From: an uncultured Alphaproteobacteria bacterium
GTDB lineage: Bacteria; Pseudomonadota; Alphaproteobacteria; HIMB59; GCA-002718135
Assembly: GCA_902602695.1 (NCBI GenBank)
Contig: CACKRO010000001.1
Span: 30,672 to 94,671 of the forward strand
Reading direction: 5' to 3'
DNA length: 64,000 nucleotides
Positions 18,111-32,808 of this stretch are shown in pieces. The notes under the pieces are model-generated. The model did not search any database and was not told where the DNA came from. It was given only the letters and a program-made list of their open reading frames with translations. A program made the position numbers and the translations under genes. The first letter of the stretch is position 1, and the number at the start of each line of letters is the position of its first letter.

Positions 18111-19426
18111 TGAAAAAAGTTTTTTTAATAACCCTTTTTTTGTTTTATAGTTTTAATGTCTATTCATTAGAAGTGACCCTAACACAAGGTAGTGTGAAGC
18201 CAACTCCAATTGCTGTTACAGAGCTATATTCAAAAAATTCACAATTAACAAAAGTAGGTAAAAATATTTCAACTGTAATTTCTGATAATTTAGAAAGATC
18301 TGGTCTTTTTTTACCAATTGATCAAAGATCATTTATACAAGATAATGTATCATTGGCAAACAAGCCAAGATTTGAAGATTGGAAACTAATAAAGGCTCAA
18401 CATCTAGTTTCTGGAAAAATTTCAACAAACAGTGGAAAAATATCTGTAGAATTTAGATTGTTTGATGTCTTTCAACAAAAACAAATAGTGGGAAAAAAAT
18501 ACGAGACTAGTGAAAAAAATTGGAGAAGAGTTGCTCATATTATTTCAGATTCCATTTTCAAAAATATAACTGGCGAAGGTGGTTACTTTGATACAAGAAT
18601 AGTTTATGTTGCTGAGACAGGTCCAAAAGAAAATAAACAAAAAAGATTAGCAATCATGGATCAAGATCAATCAAACCATCGCTTTTTAACAGATGGTTCC
18701 TATCTAGTTTTAACTCCAAGGTTCTCACCAAATTCTCAAAAAATTACTTATATGTCTTACGCAAATAGAAATAATCCGCGAGTTTATATTTTTGACATTG
18801 AAACAGGTAAGCAAGAAATTGTAGGTGAGTTTCCTGGAATGACATTTGCCCCACGTTTTTCTCCTGACGGTAATCAAATCGTTATGTCTTATACTGATCC
18901 AGAAATTGGTAATTCTGAAATTTATATTCTTGATCTAAAAACAAGAATTTCAAAAAGAGTTACTAATAATTCCGCAATAGATGTTTCTGCAAGTTTTTCA
19001 CCTGATGGAAAAAAAATAGTTTTTAATTCAGATAGAAGTGGACGAAGGCATATATATGTAAGTGATGATAATGGAAAAAATATTAAAAGAATTAGCAGGG
19101 AAGCAGGAAGTTACTACACACCAGTCTGGTCTCCAAGGGGTGATATGATTGCATTCACTAAACAAGAAGGAGGGCAATTTTATATAGGTGTTATGGAGGT
19201 TGATGGCTCAAATGAAAGAATGATTGCAAAATCATTCCATGTAGAGGGCCCAACATGGGCACCAAATGGAAGATTTTTAATGTATTTTAAAGAAGAGAGA
19301 ACTGCTGAAGATGGATCTGGAGGTAAATCCAGTCTATATTCTATTGATTTAACTGGTTTTAATGAAAGAAAAGTAATAACTCCATTAGGAGGGTCTGACC
19401 CAGCTTGGTCTCCTTTAATGCATTAA
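18110..19426 (+). CDS. tolB: TolB
   Basis: Signal peptide, PD40 repeats (PRFSPDG, PVWSPRG), C-terminal SDPAWSP. Confidence 0.95.
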   Translation: MKKVFLITLFLFYSFNVYSLEVTLTQGSVKPTPIAVTELYSKNSQLTKVGKNISTVISDNLERSGLFLPIDQRSFIQDNVSLANKPRFEDWKLIKAQHLVSGKISTNSGKISVEFRLFDVFQQKQIVGKKYETSEKNWRRVAHIISDSIFKNITGEGGYFDTRIVYVAETGPKENKQKRLAIMDQDQSNHRFLTDGSYLVLTPRFSPNSQKITYMSYANRNNPRVYIFDIETGKQEIVGEFPGMTFAPRFSPDGNQIVMSYTDPEIGNSEIYILDLKTRISKRVTNNSAIDVSASFSPDGKKIVFNSDRSGRRHIYVSDDNGKNIKRISREAGSYYTPVWSPRGDMIAFTKQEGGQFYIGVMEVDGSNERMIAKSFHVEGPTWAPNGRFLMYFKEERTAEDGSGGKSSLYSIDLTGFNERKVITPLGGSDPAWSPLMH

Positions 19427-19527
19427 TTCAATATAATACAAAAAAGTATACGAAATTCTAAAAAAAATGTTAAGGAATTCCAATTAATTTAGTATATCTA
19501 CTTAAAGTATTAAGGGAGCAATTATTT

Positions 19528-20049
19528 ATGTTTTACAAGTTTTTTATCTCTATATTTATGGTTATTTTTGTTGCTGCCTGCGCAACGACACCAAAAGACT
19601 CAGCTGACTCTTCGGGCTCAGGGTCCGGCAGTTCTGGAAGTGATGTATCTTCCGAAGGAAGTATTACTGAAACAGCAGGAAGTGGAATAGTTTCTGGATC
19701 ACAAGAAGATTTAATAGTTAATGTTGGTGATAGAGTATTTTTTGGATATGATAGTTCAGATTTAGACTCAGACGCTTTGGAGTTACTACAAGATCAAGTT
19801 GCATGGCTTAAGCAGAATAGTGATGTTTCTGTTTCAATTGAAGGACACTGTGATGAAAGAGGAACTAGAGAATACAACTTAGCTCTTGGTGAAAAAAGAG
19901 CTCAAGCTGTTAAAAATTATCTAATTGGATTAGGAATCAACCCAGATAGAGTTTCAACCATTAGTTATGGCAAGGAAAGACCAGCTGTTGTTGGATCTAA
20001 CGATGGAGCATGGGCTCAAAATAGACGATCAGTAACTATAGTTAACTAG
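19528..20049 (+). CDS. pal: peptidoglycan-associated lipoprotein Pal
   Basis: Lipobox VAAC, GHCDERGTREYNLALG, SYGKERP. Confidence 0.96.
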   Translation: MFYKFFISIFMVIFVAACATTPKDSADSSGSGSGSSGSDVSSEGSITETAGSGIVSGSQEDLIVNVGDRVFFGYDSSDLDSDALELLQDQVAWLKQNSDVSVSIEGHCDERGTREYNLALGEKRAQAVKNYLIGLGINPDRVSTISYGKERPAVVGSNDGAWAQNRRSVTIVN

Positions 20050-20067
20050 TCTACTATCCTTAATACT

Positions 20068-20096
20068 TGGCGCTATAAATATAGCGCCACATTTTT
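20068..20096 (+). terminator. intrinsic terminator after pal
   Basis: TGGCGCTAT-AAAT-ATAGCGCCA stem followed by CATTTTT. Confidence 0.7.
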
Positions 20097-20123
20097 ATCT
20101 CAATTAGAAATTAAAATCGGATA

Positions 20124-21041
20124 ATGTTTAAGTACATACTCACAGTTTTAATTCTATTTTTTTCGAGCTATACTTTTTCTAATGAAAGTGATCTTACTAT
20201 TTCCCAACAAATAGAAAGATTACAAAGAGAAGTCTCAGACCTTTCGAAAGAAGTATTTTCAAACTCACCAAATCAATCAAATGGAACAAATAATGATTTT
20301 GTTAAAAATCTTTCTGCTATCGATTTGCGAATATATGATATTGAAAACGATATAAAAAATTTAACCTCTAATTTAGAGGAATTGTATTTTCAATTAGACG
20401 ATATTTTTAATAAGTTAGAAAATTTAGAAGTAGTTATTAACAATTTTCAATCAGCTGATTTAAATAATGTTGCAGTAAATATTGATAAAATTCCAGAAGA
20501 TAGTTCTGAGGTAGAAAGTAATACTTTAAGTGAAGCAGAAACTGAAAATACACTTGGAACACTAAATATCTCAAAAAATACAAATGATACAAATGAACAA
20601 CTTTTATCTGATGATCAGCAAGCAAATTCTAACGAAGAAGAGCAGATGTTGTCACCAGAAGATCAGTTCCAATTAGCGTTTGATAATATTAGAGATAAAA
20701 AATGGCAGGATGCCAAAAATTCATTTGAACAGTTTATTTCAGATAATCCTGAAAATCAACTATCAGGTTCAGCACATTATTGGCTTGGAGAATTGTATAT
20801 TCTAGAAAAAAACTATAGAGAAGCAGCACTGATATTTGCAGAAGGTTTCCAAAAATTTCCAGATAGTATTAAAGCGGCAGAAATGCTTTTCAAACTTTCT
20901 CAGTCATTATACCAAGTTGAAAAAACAACTGAGGCTTGTAAAACTATGGAAAAATTAATTATTGATTTTCCAAAAAACAAAATAATTCCTCTAACCAAAA
21001 AACAAATTGTTGAGTATAATTGCTTAGAAAATAATGAATGA
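20124..21041 (+). CDS. cpoB: cell division coordinator CpoB (YbgF)
   Basis: Signal peptide, coiled coil, TPR with AHYWLGE; follows pal. Confidence 0.88.
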   Translation: MFKYILTVLILFFSSYTFSNESDLTISQQIERLQREVSDLSKEVFSNSPNQSNGTNNDFVKNLSAIDLRIYDIENDIKNLTSNLEELYFQLDDIFNKLENLEVVINNFQSADLNNVAVNIDKIPEDSSEVESNTLSEAETENTLGTLNISKNTNDTNEQLLSDDQQANSNEEEQMLSPEDQFQLAFDNIRDKKWQDAKNSFEQFISDNPENQLSGSAHYWLGELYILEKNYREAALIFAEGFQKFPDSIKAAEMLFKLSQSLYQVEKTTEACKTMEKLIIDFPKNKIIPLTKKQIVEYNCLENNE

Positions 21042-22009
21042 AGCTCACAAATAAAGAATTTATAAAAAACATAGAAAAAAAATATACTTTTGAAAAAAAA
21101 CCCTCAGTCGCTGTAGCAGTTTCTGGTGGTCCAGATAGTATGTCATTATTATTCCTTGTAAATGCTTTTATAAAATACAAAAAAGGAAACTTGATAGCTT
21201 TAATCGTAGATCATCGTATTAGAAAAAATTCTAAAGAAGAAGCAAAATATATTTCTACTTACTTGCATAAAAACAACATTACCTCTCAAATTTTAAGTGT
21301 AAATAAAGATAATGTGAGTAAGAAAAGTATGAATGAGGCTAGAAATAATCGTTATAATTTACTTACAGATTTTTGTATTAAAAATAATATTTTGCATTTA
21401 TTTATTGCTCATCACAAAGATGATAATTTAGAAACTTTTTTGAATAGAAAGATCGCTGGCAGTGACTTTTATGGTCTAAAATCAATGTCTGAACTGTCAC
21501 TTTACAACAAAGTCTTAATGATAAGACCACTTTTAAATTTATCTAAAGATAAATTGATAGACTACAATAAGAAAAATAAAATAGAATATATTAATGATCC
21601 ATCAAATTTTAATTTAGATTATACTCGTCCTTCAATAAGAAATTTTCTTAAAAAGTCTGACCAAAAAATAATTAAAGAAATAAATAAAGATTTTGAGAAT
21701 ATACTTTTTTATTCACCATATTTCATTCAAATGATACTTGAGATACTTCTTAAAAATATGGTTTATGTTGACAGTAACAAAATTTTAGTCGGCCTTGATA
21801 ATATAAAAAATTTCAATGAAATTATTTCTGAAAATATTATACGAAGAATACATCAATTTTTATTTTATGAATCTAACTCTCCCCGATCAAAAAAAACTAG
21901 AATCTTAATAAGAGAAATGGAGAAATTAAATTTTAATAATTTTAATCTTAAAGGTATGATTGTTAAAAAAAATGATGATTTTCTTACCTTTTCAAGAAAA
22001 TCTGTTTAA
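21038..22009 (+). CDS. tilS: tRNA(Ile)-lysidine synthase
   Basis: AVSGGPDS, DH, ARNNRY, AHHKDD, RPLL, DPSN. Confidence 0.92.
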   Translation: MKLTNKEFIKNIEKKYTFEKKPSVAVAVSGGPDSMSLLFLVNAFIKYKKGNLIALIVDHRIRKNSKEEAKYISTYLHKNNITSQILSVNKDNVSKKSMNEARNNRYNLLTDFCIKNNILHLFIAHHKDDNLETFLNRKIAGSDFYGLKSMSELSLYNKVLMIRPLLNLSKDKLIDYNKKNKIEYINDPSNFNLDYTRPSIRNFLKKSDQKIIKEINKDFENILFYSPYFIQMILEILLKNMVYVDSNKILVGLDNIKNFNEIISENIIRRIHQFLFYESNSPRSKKTRILIREMEKLNFNNFNLKGMIVKKNDDFLTFSRKSV

Positions 22010-22060
22010 TTTTCTACAAAACTATTGTGTTTTTATAATAAATTCCTATGTAATGTAATA

Positions 22061-23968
22061 ATGAAAAACATAAGTAAAAATGTTGTTCTATGGATAATTA
22101 TTGGACTTCTTTTAATTGTATTGTTTAATCTATTTCAAGGAAGTTCAAATAATAGAAATACATCAAAGATCTCATTTTCTGACTTCATAGCTGCTACTGA
22201 AAATGGTAACGTTTCTGAAGTTAACATAAGTGGTAATATGGTTACAGGATTTTTAGATGATGGAAGATCATTTAATACTTATGCACCAAACTATCCTAAC
22301 TTAGTTGACAAACTTAATGAAAATGGAGTTAAAATAACTGCAGAGCCCTCTGAACGTTCAATGCATCCATTGTTAAGTGTTTTATTATCATGGTTTCCTA
22401 TGTTATTGCTAATTGGTGTTTGGATATTCTTTATGCGTCAAATGCAAGGTGGTGGTGGAAAAGCCATGGGTTTTGGTAAGTCTAAAGCTAAATTATTAAA
22501 TGAAGCTGTTGGTAAAGTTACATTTGATGATGTAGCTGGTATAGATGAAGCTAAACAAGAGCTGGAAGAAGTTGTTGAATTTTTAAAAGACCCATCAAAG
22601 TTTTCTAGACTAGGTGGTAAGATACCAAGAGGAGCGCTTCTAGTAGGGCCTCCAGGCACAGGAAAAACATTGCTTGCAAGAGCAATTGCCGGTGAAGCAA
22701 ATGTTCCATTCTTTTCTATATCTGGTTCAGATTTTGTTGAAATGTTTGTTGGTGTAGGAGCAAGTAGAGTTAGGGATATGTTTGAGCAAGGTAAGAAAAA
22801 TGCACCTTGTATAATTTTTATTGATGAGATTGATGCAGTTGGTCGTCACAGAGGTGCCGGTCTTGGTGGTGGTAATGATGAAAGAGAACAGACACTTAAC
22901 CAGCTTCTCGTCGAAATGGACGGTTTTGAGGCTAATGCAGGTGTAATTATTGTTGCTGCAACCAATAGGCCTGATGTTTTAGATCCTGCTTTACTAAGGC
23001 CAGGTAGATTTGACAGGCAGGTAACTGTTTCAAATCCAGATATATTAGGCAGAGATAAGATTTTAAAAGTTCATATAAAAAAGATAAAGGTATCGCCTAA
23101 ATTTGATTCAAGGATAATAGCTAGAGGTACCCCTGGTTTTTCAGGCGCTGATTTAGCAAACTTAGTAAATGAGGCCGCTTTAATGGCGGCGAGAAAAAAT
23201 AAAAGAATGGTAACTCTTGAGGATTTTGAGTATGCCAAGGATAAAGTAATGCTAGGAGCTGAAAGAAGATCAATGGTAATGACACAACAAGATAAAGAGA
23301 TTACAGCATATCATGAAGCAGGTCATGCACTTGCTAATATTCACTCTAAAGAAGCCGAACCAATTTACAAAAGCTCCATCATCCCCACTGGAAGAGCTCT
23401 AGGATATGTTATGTCTCTTCCAGAAAAAGATAAAATTCATCAAAGAAAAGATGAGTTAGAAGCTAGATTAGTTACTATCGTCGCAGCTAGAATATCAGAG
23501 GAAATTATTTTTGGAGAAGATAAAGTCGCTACTGGTGCTGTTGGAGACATCCAACAGGCAACAGATCTAGCAAGAAAAATGATAACAGAATTTGGTTTTA
23601 GTAAAAAACTAGGTTTCATTAGATACTCAAATAATCAAGAGGAAGTCTTCTTAGGTCACTCTGTAGCACAATCTAAAAATGTCTCAGACGATACGGCAAA
23701 AATTATTGATGCAGAAGTTAAGAGACTTGTTGAAGAGGCCAAGTCAAAGGCGAGAAAAATTATTACAGATAATGTTGATCAATTACACATAATAGCTAAA
23801 GGTCTTCTTGAATATGAGACACTCACAGGTGCTGAAATTAATGATTTACTAAATGGTATAAAGCCCTCAAGAGATGAGTTTGGTAACGATATTGATAATA
23901 ATAAACCGCCTAAAACTTCACCTTCTGTTCCAAAAACTGGTGGTTCTGCTCCTGCTCCTGCTAACTAA
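22061..23968 (+). CDS. ftsH: ATP-dependent zinc metalloprotease FtsH
   Basis: Two TMs, [24 protein letters not shown]; ATG 22061 preferred. Confidence 0.96.
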   Translation: MKNISKNVVLWIIIGLLLIVLFNLFQGSSNNRNTSKISFSDFIAATENGNVSEVNISGNMVTGFLDDGRSFNTYAPNYPNLVDKLNENGVKITAEPSERSMHPLLSVLLSWFPMLLLIGVWIFFMRQMQGGGGKAMGFGKSKAKLLNEAVGKVTFDDVAGIDEAKQELEEVVEFLKDPSKFSRLGGKIPRGALLVGPPGTGKTLLARAIAGEANVPFFSISGSDFVEMFVGVGASRVRDMFEQGKKNAPCIIFIDEIDAVGRHRGAGLGGGNDEREQTLNQLLVEMDGFEANAGVIIVAATNRPDVLDPALLRPGRFDRQVTVSNPDILGRDKILKVHIKKIKVSPKFDSRIIARGTPGFSGADLANLVNEAALMAARKNKRMVTLEDFEYAKDKVMLGAERRSMVMTQQDKEITAYHEAGHALANIHSKEAEPIYKSSIIPTGRALGYVMSLPEKDKIHQRKDELEARLVTIVAARISEEIIFGEDKVATGAVGDIQQATDLARKMITEFGFSKKLGFIRYSNNQEEVFLGHSVAQSKNVSDDTAKIIDAEVKRLVEEAKSKARKIITDNVDQLHIIAKGLLEYETLTGAEINDLLNGIKPSRDEFGNDIDNNKPPKTSPSVPKTGGSAPAPAN

Positions 23969-24012
23969 TTTAATTACTTCACTTTATTTATATTTTTGAA
24001 TAAAAGACATAA

Positions 24013-25360
24013 ATGTCTAAAATATTTGGTACCGATGGTATACGGTGCTTAGTTAATGAGGAACCTCTTTCTGCTGAAACTTGTTTAAAAATTTCAAAAA
24101 CAGTAGCATTTCTTCTCAAAAAGAAAGATTCTAAAAATAGTAGGGTTGTCATCTGTAAAGATACAAGATTATCTGGTTATTTATACGAGCCTCTTGTTAC
24201 AGCTGGATTTATTTCTATGGGCATGGATGTAATTTTAGTTGGTCCACTTCCAACACCTGCTGTACCATTGATGATTAAAACTTTAAGAGCTGATATTGGT
24301 GTAATGATTACAGCTTCTCATAATACATATGAATATAATGGACTTAAATTTTTTGATAGAACTGGAACAAAATTAAGTTCATCAATAGAGCAAAAGGTTG
24401 AAAATATAGTTTTAAATAATAAAAAATATTCTAAAGTAACAAACAACACATTAGTATCTGGAAATGCAATAAGACTAGAAGATGCTTCAGGCAGGTATTC
24501 AGAATTTTTAAAGAGTACTTTAAATAAAACATCATCCAAGAAAAAATTAAAAATTGTTTTAGATTGTGCAAATGGAGCTACTTACAGTATAGCGCCAAAT
24601 TTATTTTGGGAATTAGGTCATAATGTAATAGCTATAAATAATAATCCTGATGGTTTGAATATTAATAAAAATTGTGGCGCAGTTGACGTTAAATCACTTT
24701 CAAAAAATGTCATAAAAGAAAAGGCAGATATTGGATTTGCATTTGATGGTGATGGAGATAGGTTAATAGTTGTAGATGAAGCAGGAAAAGAAGTTGATGG
24801 TGATAAGATTATAGGATTGCTATGTAAAAGTTATATAAAACCTAAAAAAAAATCCAATCAACATGATGTTATTATAACTGTCATGTCTAACATGGGATTA
24901 GAAAATTATCTTACAAATAAATTAAAATTAAATATTAAACGAACAGCTGTTGGAGATATAAACGTTATAAATCAAATGAAAAAATCCAAATCTATGATTG
25001 GTGGTGAACAATCAGGACATATAATCTTGTCAGAACACTCTAATACTGGCGATGGAATTTTAGCAGCTCTAAAAATTACTGAAATTTTGATATTAAATAA
25101 AAATAAGGCAAGTAAACTTTTTGATTTGTATAATGTTTTTCCTCAAGATAAAATTAACTTAAGGTATAAAACAAAGAATAACAAACTGTTAAAAATTCTT
25201 GATAAGTTAAAAAATGATAAACTATATAATAATAAAAAAATAAGATCTCTTGTTAGGTTATCTGGAACTGAACCATTAGTAAGAATACTAGTTGAAGGGC
25301 AAGAAATTACAGAGGTTAAAAAGAAGTCTTTAGAAATAAAAAGATTAGTAAGGCCCTATC

Positions 25361-25368
<8 letters not shown>
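24013..25368 (+). CDS. glmM: phosphoglucosamine mutase
   Basis: FGTDGIR, TASHN, DGDGDR, GGEQSGH, SGTEP. Confidence 0.93.
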
Positions 25369-28596
<3,228 letters not shown>

Positions 28597-28626
28597 AATA
28601 CGCCTATATCACAAATAAAATATAAT

Positions 28627-29598
28627 TTAATATTTAAGCAATAATTCAATTAAATTCTTAAAATCTTCAGGAATTTCAATATCAAAATCCATCCTTTTTT
28701 TTGATGTAGGATGATCAAAACCAAGATGATAAGCATGCAATGCTTGTCTTTCAAAATTTTTTAAAATCATGAATTTATTAAATGTATTTTTATCTTTTCC
28801 AAATTGATTAATTTTACTTTTTCCATAAATCTTATCACCAATTATAGGGGAATTTTTAGAAGTTAAATGAAGTCTAATTTGATGTGTTCTTCCAGTATGT
28901 AAATGGCAGTCAACTAAACTAGCTATACCAAAAGTTTTTTCTAATTTAATATCGGTTTTAGAATATTTTCCAAAACCTTTATTATTTAAACTCATTTTTT
29001 TTCTATTTTTTCTATTTCTCTCTATGTACCCTTCAATTGATTGATTATCAGGAGTTCCCCAAACTATTGCTTTATATCTACGAGATATCGTATGTTTTTT
29101 GAATTGTTCGGCTAAATTAATATGAACATTATTATTTTTTGCAACAACAAGAATTCCACTCGTATCCTTATCTAAACGATGGACTATGCCTGGTCTAGCA
29201 TTATCATCTAAATTACTTAGTTGATTATTAGTGTAATGCATAAGAGCATTCACGAGAGTGCCACTTTCATTTCCAGGAGCTGGATGCATTACCAAATTTG
29301 GGGGTTTATTTATAATGATTAAATCTTCATCCTCAAAAATAATGTTTAAGTCAATATTTTCAGCTGCATGTTTTGTTTGTTGTTTTAAGATAATATTTAT
29401 AGAGTAATTTTCATTTTCTTTAGTTATGTAAGATGGATCTTTAATTTCTTTTTCATCAAGACTCACATTACCATTTAATATTAAAGTTTTTATTTGTGTT
29501 CTTGAATATCCTTCCAATTTTGAAACGAGAACTTTATCTAATCTTTGTGAACTTAATTGTTTATTTATAGTTAGTTTAAGATTATAGAATTCACTCAT
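28627..29598 (-). CDS. rluD: RluA family 23S rRNA pseudouridine synthase
   Basis: S4 domain, HRLDKDTSG, GRTHQIR; upstream of rpoH. Confidence 0.9.
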   Translation of the reverse strand: MSEFYNLKLTINKQLSSQRLDKVLVSKLEGYSRTQIKTLILNGNVSLDEKEIKDPSYITKENENYSINIILKQQTKHAAENIDLNIIFEDEDLIIINKPPNLVMHPAPGNESGTLVNALMHYTNNQLSNLDDNARPGIVHRLDKDTSGILVVAKNNNVHINLAEQFKKHTISRRYKAIVWGTPDNQSIEGYIERNRKNRKKMSLNNKGFGKYSKTDIKLEKTFGIASLVDCHLHTGRTHQIRLHLTSKNSPIIGDKIYGKSKINQFGKDKNTFNKFMILKNFERQALHAYHLGFDHPTSKKRMDFDIEIPEDFKNLIELLLKY

Positions 29599-29890
29599 GT
29601 CTCAAAAAATTCTTAAATTTATTGTAATATTTTTAGGTATATTAATTATTATTTGTTTTTTTGCTCTTGTTTATGGTTTGTATATAAAAACAACAAAAAA
29701 ACAAAGTAATTTAGAAACAAATTTTATTGATTACAATTTAAATTTAGAAAAAGGGCATAAAATTACAGATATAGATATGATTGATAATAATAGGATTTTA
29801 TTTACAATAAAAAATAATGATAAAGTTTATGCTTTAATATATGATATAGAAACATCAAATATTGTAAAAATAGATACATCCAATGAGTAA
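29597..29890 (+). CDS. hypothetical single-TM protein
   Basis: N-terminal hydrophobic helix; stop overlaps xseB start. Confidence 0.65.
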   Translation: MSQKILKFIVIFLGILIIICFFALVYGLYIKTTKKQSNLETNFIDYNLNLEKGHKITDIDMIDNNRILFTIKNNDKVYALIYDIETSNIVKIDTSNE

Positions 29891-30101
29891 AGATAATAAT
29901 TTTGAAAATAATTTAAAAAAACTTGAGTCTATTGTAGAGAAATTAGAAAATGGTGAAGTTGATTTAGAAGAATCTGTAAAACTTTACGAAGAGGGAATGA
30001 ATTTAAAAAAAGCATGTGAGGAAAAGTTAAAAAGTATTGAAAGCCAAATTAAAAAAATTAAGCAAGAAAACAATAAAGTCACAAAAGAAGATTTTAAGTA
30101 A
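29883..30101 (+). CDS. xseB: exodeoxyribonuclease VII small subunit
   Basis: FE..L..LE.IV.KLE.G...LEES..LYEEG. Confidence 0.92.
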   Translation: MSKDNNFENNLKKLESIVEKLENGEVDLEESVKLYEEGMNLKKACEEKLKSIESQIKKIKQENNKVTKEDFK

Positions 30102-30110
30102 TTTTCAAAT

Positions 30111-30860
30111 TTGAGTAAAAATCTAAAAATAAGACTTGATCAGCTTTTAATTGATAGAAACTTAGCTGAAACAAAATCAAAAGCCCAGTCTATGATTATG
30201 GCTGGCCAAGTTTATGTTAATGATAAAATTATTACCAAAAGTGGTAACAGTTTTAATGAAAACTCAAAAATAAAAATTAAACAACTTCATCCTCCATGGG
30301 TATCAAGAGGTGCATTCAAATTACTCAAAGCGATTGATCATTTTAAGATTGATATTGAAAATAAAATTTGTCTAGATATCGGTTCATCAACTGGTGGATT
30401 CACAGAAGTTCTATTAAAAAAAAATGCTAAAAAAATATATTCTATTGATGTTGGTACAAATCAACTTCATGAAAAATTAAAAAAAGAAAAAAAAATAATT
30501 AGTATAGAAAATTTTAACGCTAAATATTTAGATAACTCAATAATTCATGAAAAAATTAATTTAGTAGTCTGCGATGTTAGTTTCATTAGTCTAACAAAGG
30601 TTATAGAACCTAGCCTGAAGCTTTTATCAAGTAAAGCTGAGATTATTTCACTAATTAAGCCGCAATTTGAGACTAATAAAATAAATTTGAAAAAAGGTAT
30701 TGTGAAAGATCCACTGATTCATGAACAAGTATGTAATGATATATCGAATTGGTTTAAAAAAACAATTAAGACTGAAGTTGTAGGTTTAGTCGAAAGTCCA
30801 ATAACTGGACCAAAAGGAAATAAAGAATTTTTGATTTATAGTATTTTAAAGAAATCTTAA
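30111..30860 (+). CDS. tlyA: TlyA family rRNA methyltransferase
   Basis: RLDQLL S4 domain, [29 protein letters not shown]. Confidence 0.92.
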   Translation: MSKNLKIRLDQLLIDRNLAETKSKAQSMIMAGQVYVNDKIITKSGNSFNENSKIKIKQLHPPWVSRGAFKLLKAIDHFKIDIENKICLDIGSSTGGFTEVLLKKNAKKIYSIDVGTNQLHEKLKKEKKIISIENFNAKYLDNSIIHEKINLVVCDVSFISLTKVIEPSLKLLSSKAEIISLIKPQFETNKINLKKGIVKDPLIHEQVCNDISNWFKKTIKTEVVGLVESPITGPKGNKEFLIYSILKKS

Positions 30861-31916
30861 ACAATGATCAGCTATAGTTGTGGCAACCATTGCTTCACCA
30901 ACAGGAACAGCTCTTATACCAACACATGGATCATGACGACCTTTAGTAGATATTGTTGTTTCTTTTAATTTTGTATTAATTGTTTTTTTTGTCGATAATA
31001 TTGAACTTGTCGGTTTTACTACAAATCTAGTAATTAATTCTTGGCCAGTTGTAATGCCCCCAAGAACTCCACCATTATTATTTGAAAGAAATAAAGGTTT
31101 TTTATTTTTAATTCTCATTTCATCAACATTAGAAATTCCAGTTTCATAAACACTGCTAAACCCATTTCCCATTTCTACTCCCTTAACAGCATTAATAGAC
31201 ATCAATGCCTTAGCTATATCAGAGTCTATTTTTTCATAAATAGGCTCTCCTAATCCAGCTGGCAAACCTTTTACTCTAATTTCTATAATGGCACCTAATG
31301 AGGAGCCAGATTTTCTTGCAGTTTGTATTTCGTTTTCCCATGTTTTAATAATTTCTTTATCTGGACTCCAAAAATTATTTTTTAAAATAAAATTATTATT
31401 CCAATTATCATAATTAATTTTATGATTACCTATTTGAATTAATGCACCTGTTATTGCAACTTGATTTTTAATTTTATTTTTTATGATTTTTCTTGCTATA
31501 GCACCGGCAGCCACTCTCATCGCAGTTTCTCTAGCACTAGATCTACCGCCACCCCTATAATCTCTTATGCCATATTTTTTCCAATATGTGTAATCTGCAT
31601 GACCTGGTCTAAATTTACTTTTGATATCACCATAATCTTTTGATCTCTGATCTTGATTATAAATAATTAGTGAAATAGGATGACCTGTTGTTTTTCCTTC
31701 AAAAGTTCCAGATAGTATTTCAACTTTGTCCTCTTCTTTTCTTTGAGTTGTAAATTTCGACTGACCGGGTTTTCTTTTATCTAAATAAGGCTGAATATCT
31801 TTTTCAGTTAAATTTATATTTGATGGAACTCCATCGACAACACAACCAATAGCTTTGCCATGGCTTTCTCCCCATGTAGTAAAATTAAAGATTTTTCCTA
31901 TTGAATTAGAAGTCAT
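30846..31916 (-). CDS. aroC: chorismate synthase
   Basis: [28 protein letters not shown]. Confidence 0.96.
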   Translation of the reverse strand: MTSNSIGKIFNFTTWGESHGKAIGCVVDGVPSNINLTEKDIQPYLDKRKPGQSKFTTQRKEEDKVEILSGTFEGKTTGHPISLIIYNQDQRSKDYGDIKSKFRPGHADYTYWKKYGIRDYRGGGRSSARETAMRVAAGAIARKIIKNKIKNQVAITGALIQIGNHKINYDNWNNNFILKNNFWSPDKEIIKTWENEIQTARKSGSSLGAIIEIRVKGLPAGLGEPIYEKIDSDIAKALMSINAVKGVEMGNGFSSVYETGISNVDEMRIKNKKPLFLSNNNGGVLGGITTGQELITRFVVKPTSSILSTKKTINTKLKETTISTKGRHDPCVGIRAVPVGEAMVATTIADHCLRFL

Positions 31917-32740
31917 TTTTTAGAATTTGTAAATTCACCTAATAATTCCGAAACACTTTCACTCTCATCAACTGCAACCATTCCTACAGTATGATAGCCA
32001 CAATCGACATGTTGTATCTCACCAGTAACGGCACTCCCAAGATCACTTAATAGATACAAAGCAGAATTTCCAACATCTTGCTGATTTACATTTCTTTTAA
32101 GCGGAGCATTAAGCTCGTTCCATTTTAGAATAAATCTAAAATCACCTATTCCTGATGCTGCTAACGTTTTAATTGGGCCAGCACTAATGGCATTTACTCT
32201 TATATTTTTTTCTCCCAAATCAACTGCTAAATATCTAACACTTGCCTCTAAAGCTGCTTTTGCAACTCCCATAACATTATAATGAGGCATAACTTGTTCT
32301 GATCCATAATATGTTAAAGTTAAAATTGATCCACCATTATTCATTAAAGGTTCTGCAAGCCTACAAGCTTCTGTAAAAGAATAACATGATATATGCATAG
32401 TTTCTTTAAAATTATCAGAAGATGTATTGTAATATTTACCTCTTAATTCATCTTTGTTGGAAAAACCAATTCCATGAACAAGAAAATCTAATTCACCCCA
32501 TTTATTTTTAAGTGTCTCAAAAACATTATTCATACTTTGTGAGTCTGAAACATCACAAGGAATAATAGTGTTAGACCCTATTTCTTCTGCAAGTGGCTGA
32601 ACTCTTTTCTTAAGAGCTTCTCCTTGATAAGTAAGTGCAATTTTTGCTCCCTGTTCTGCTAATTTTTTCGCAATACCCCAAGCAATAGATCTATCATTTG
32701 CTACTCCCATAATAAGACCCTTTTTATTTTGCATCAACAT
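31913..32740 (-). CDS. fabI: enoyl-ACP reductase
   Basis: [33 protein letters not shown]; real start ATG 32740 (ORF track overextends). Confidence 0.95.
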   Translation of the reverse strand: MLMQNKKGLIMGVANDRSIAWGIAKKLAEQGAKIALTYQGEALKKRVQPLAEEIGSNTIIPCDVSDSQSMNNVFETLKNKWGELDFLVHGIGFSNKDELRGKYYNTSSDNFKETMHISCYSFTEACRLAEPLMNNGGSILTLTYYGSEQVMPHYNVMGVAKAALEASVRYLAVDLGEKNIRVNAISAGPIKTLAASGIGDFRFILKWNELNAPLKRNVNQQDVGNSALYLLSDLGSAVTGEIQHVDCGYHTVGMVAVDESESVSELLGEFTNSKK

Positions 32741-32808
32741 ATTGTAAATCAGTGTTTTTTTATAAATATAGATATATATACTTATAAAAAAATATTCATA
32801 TCTATAAT

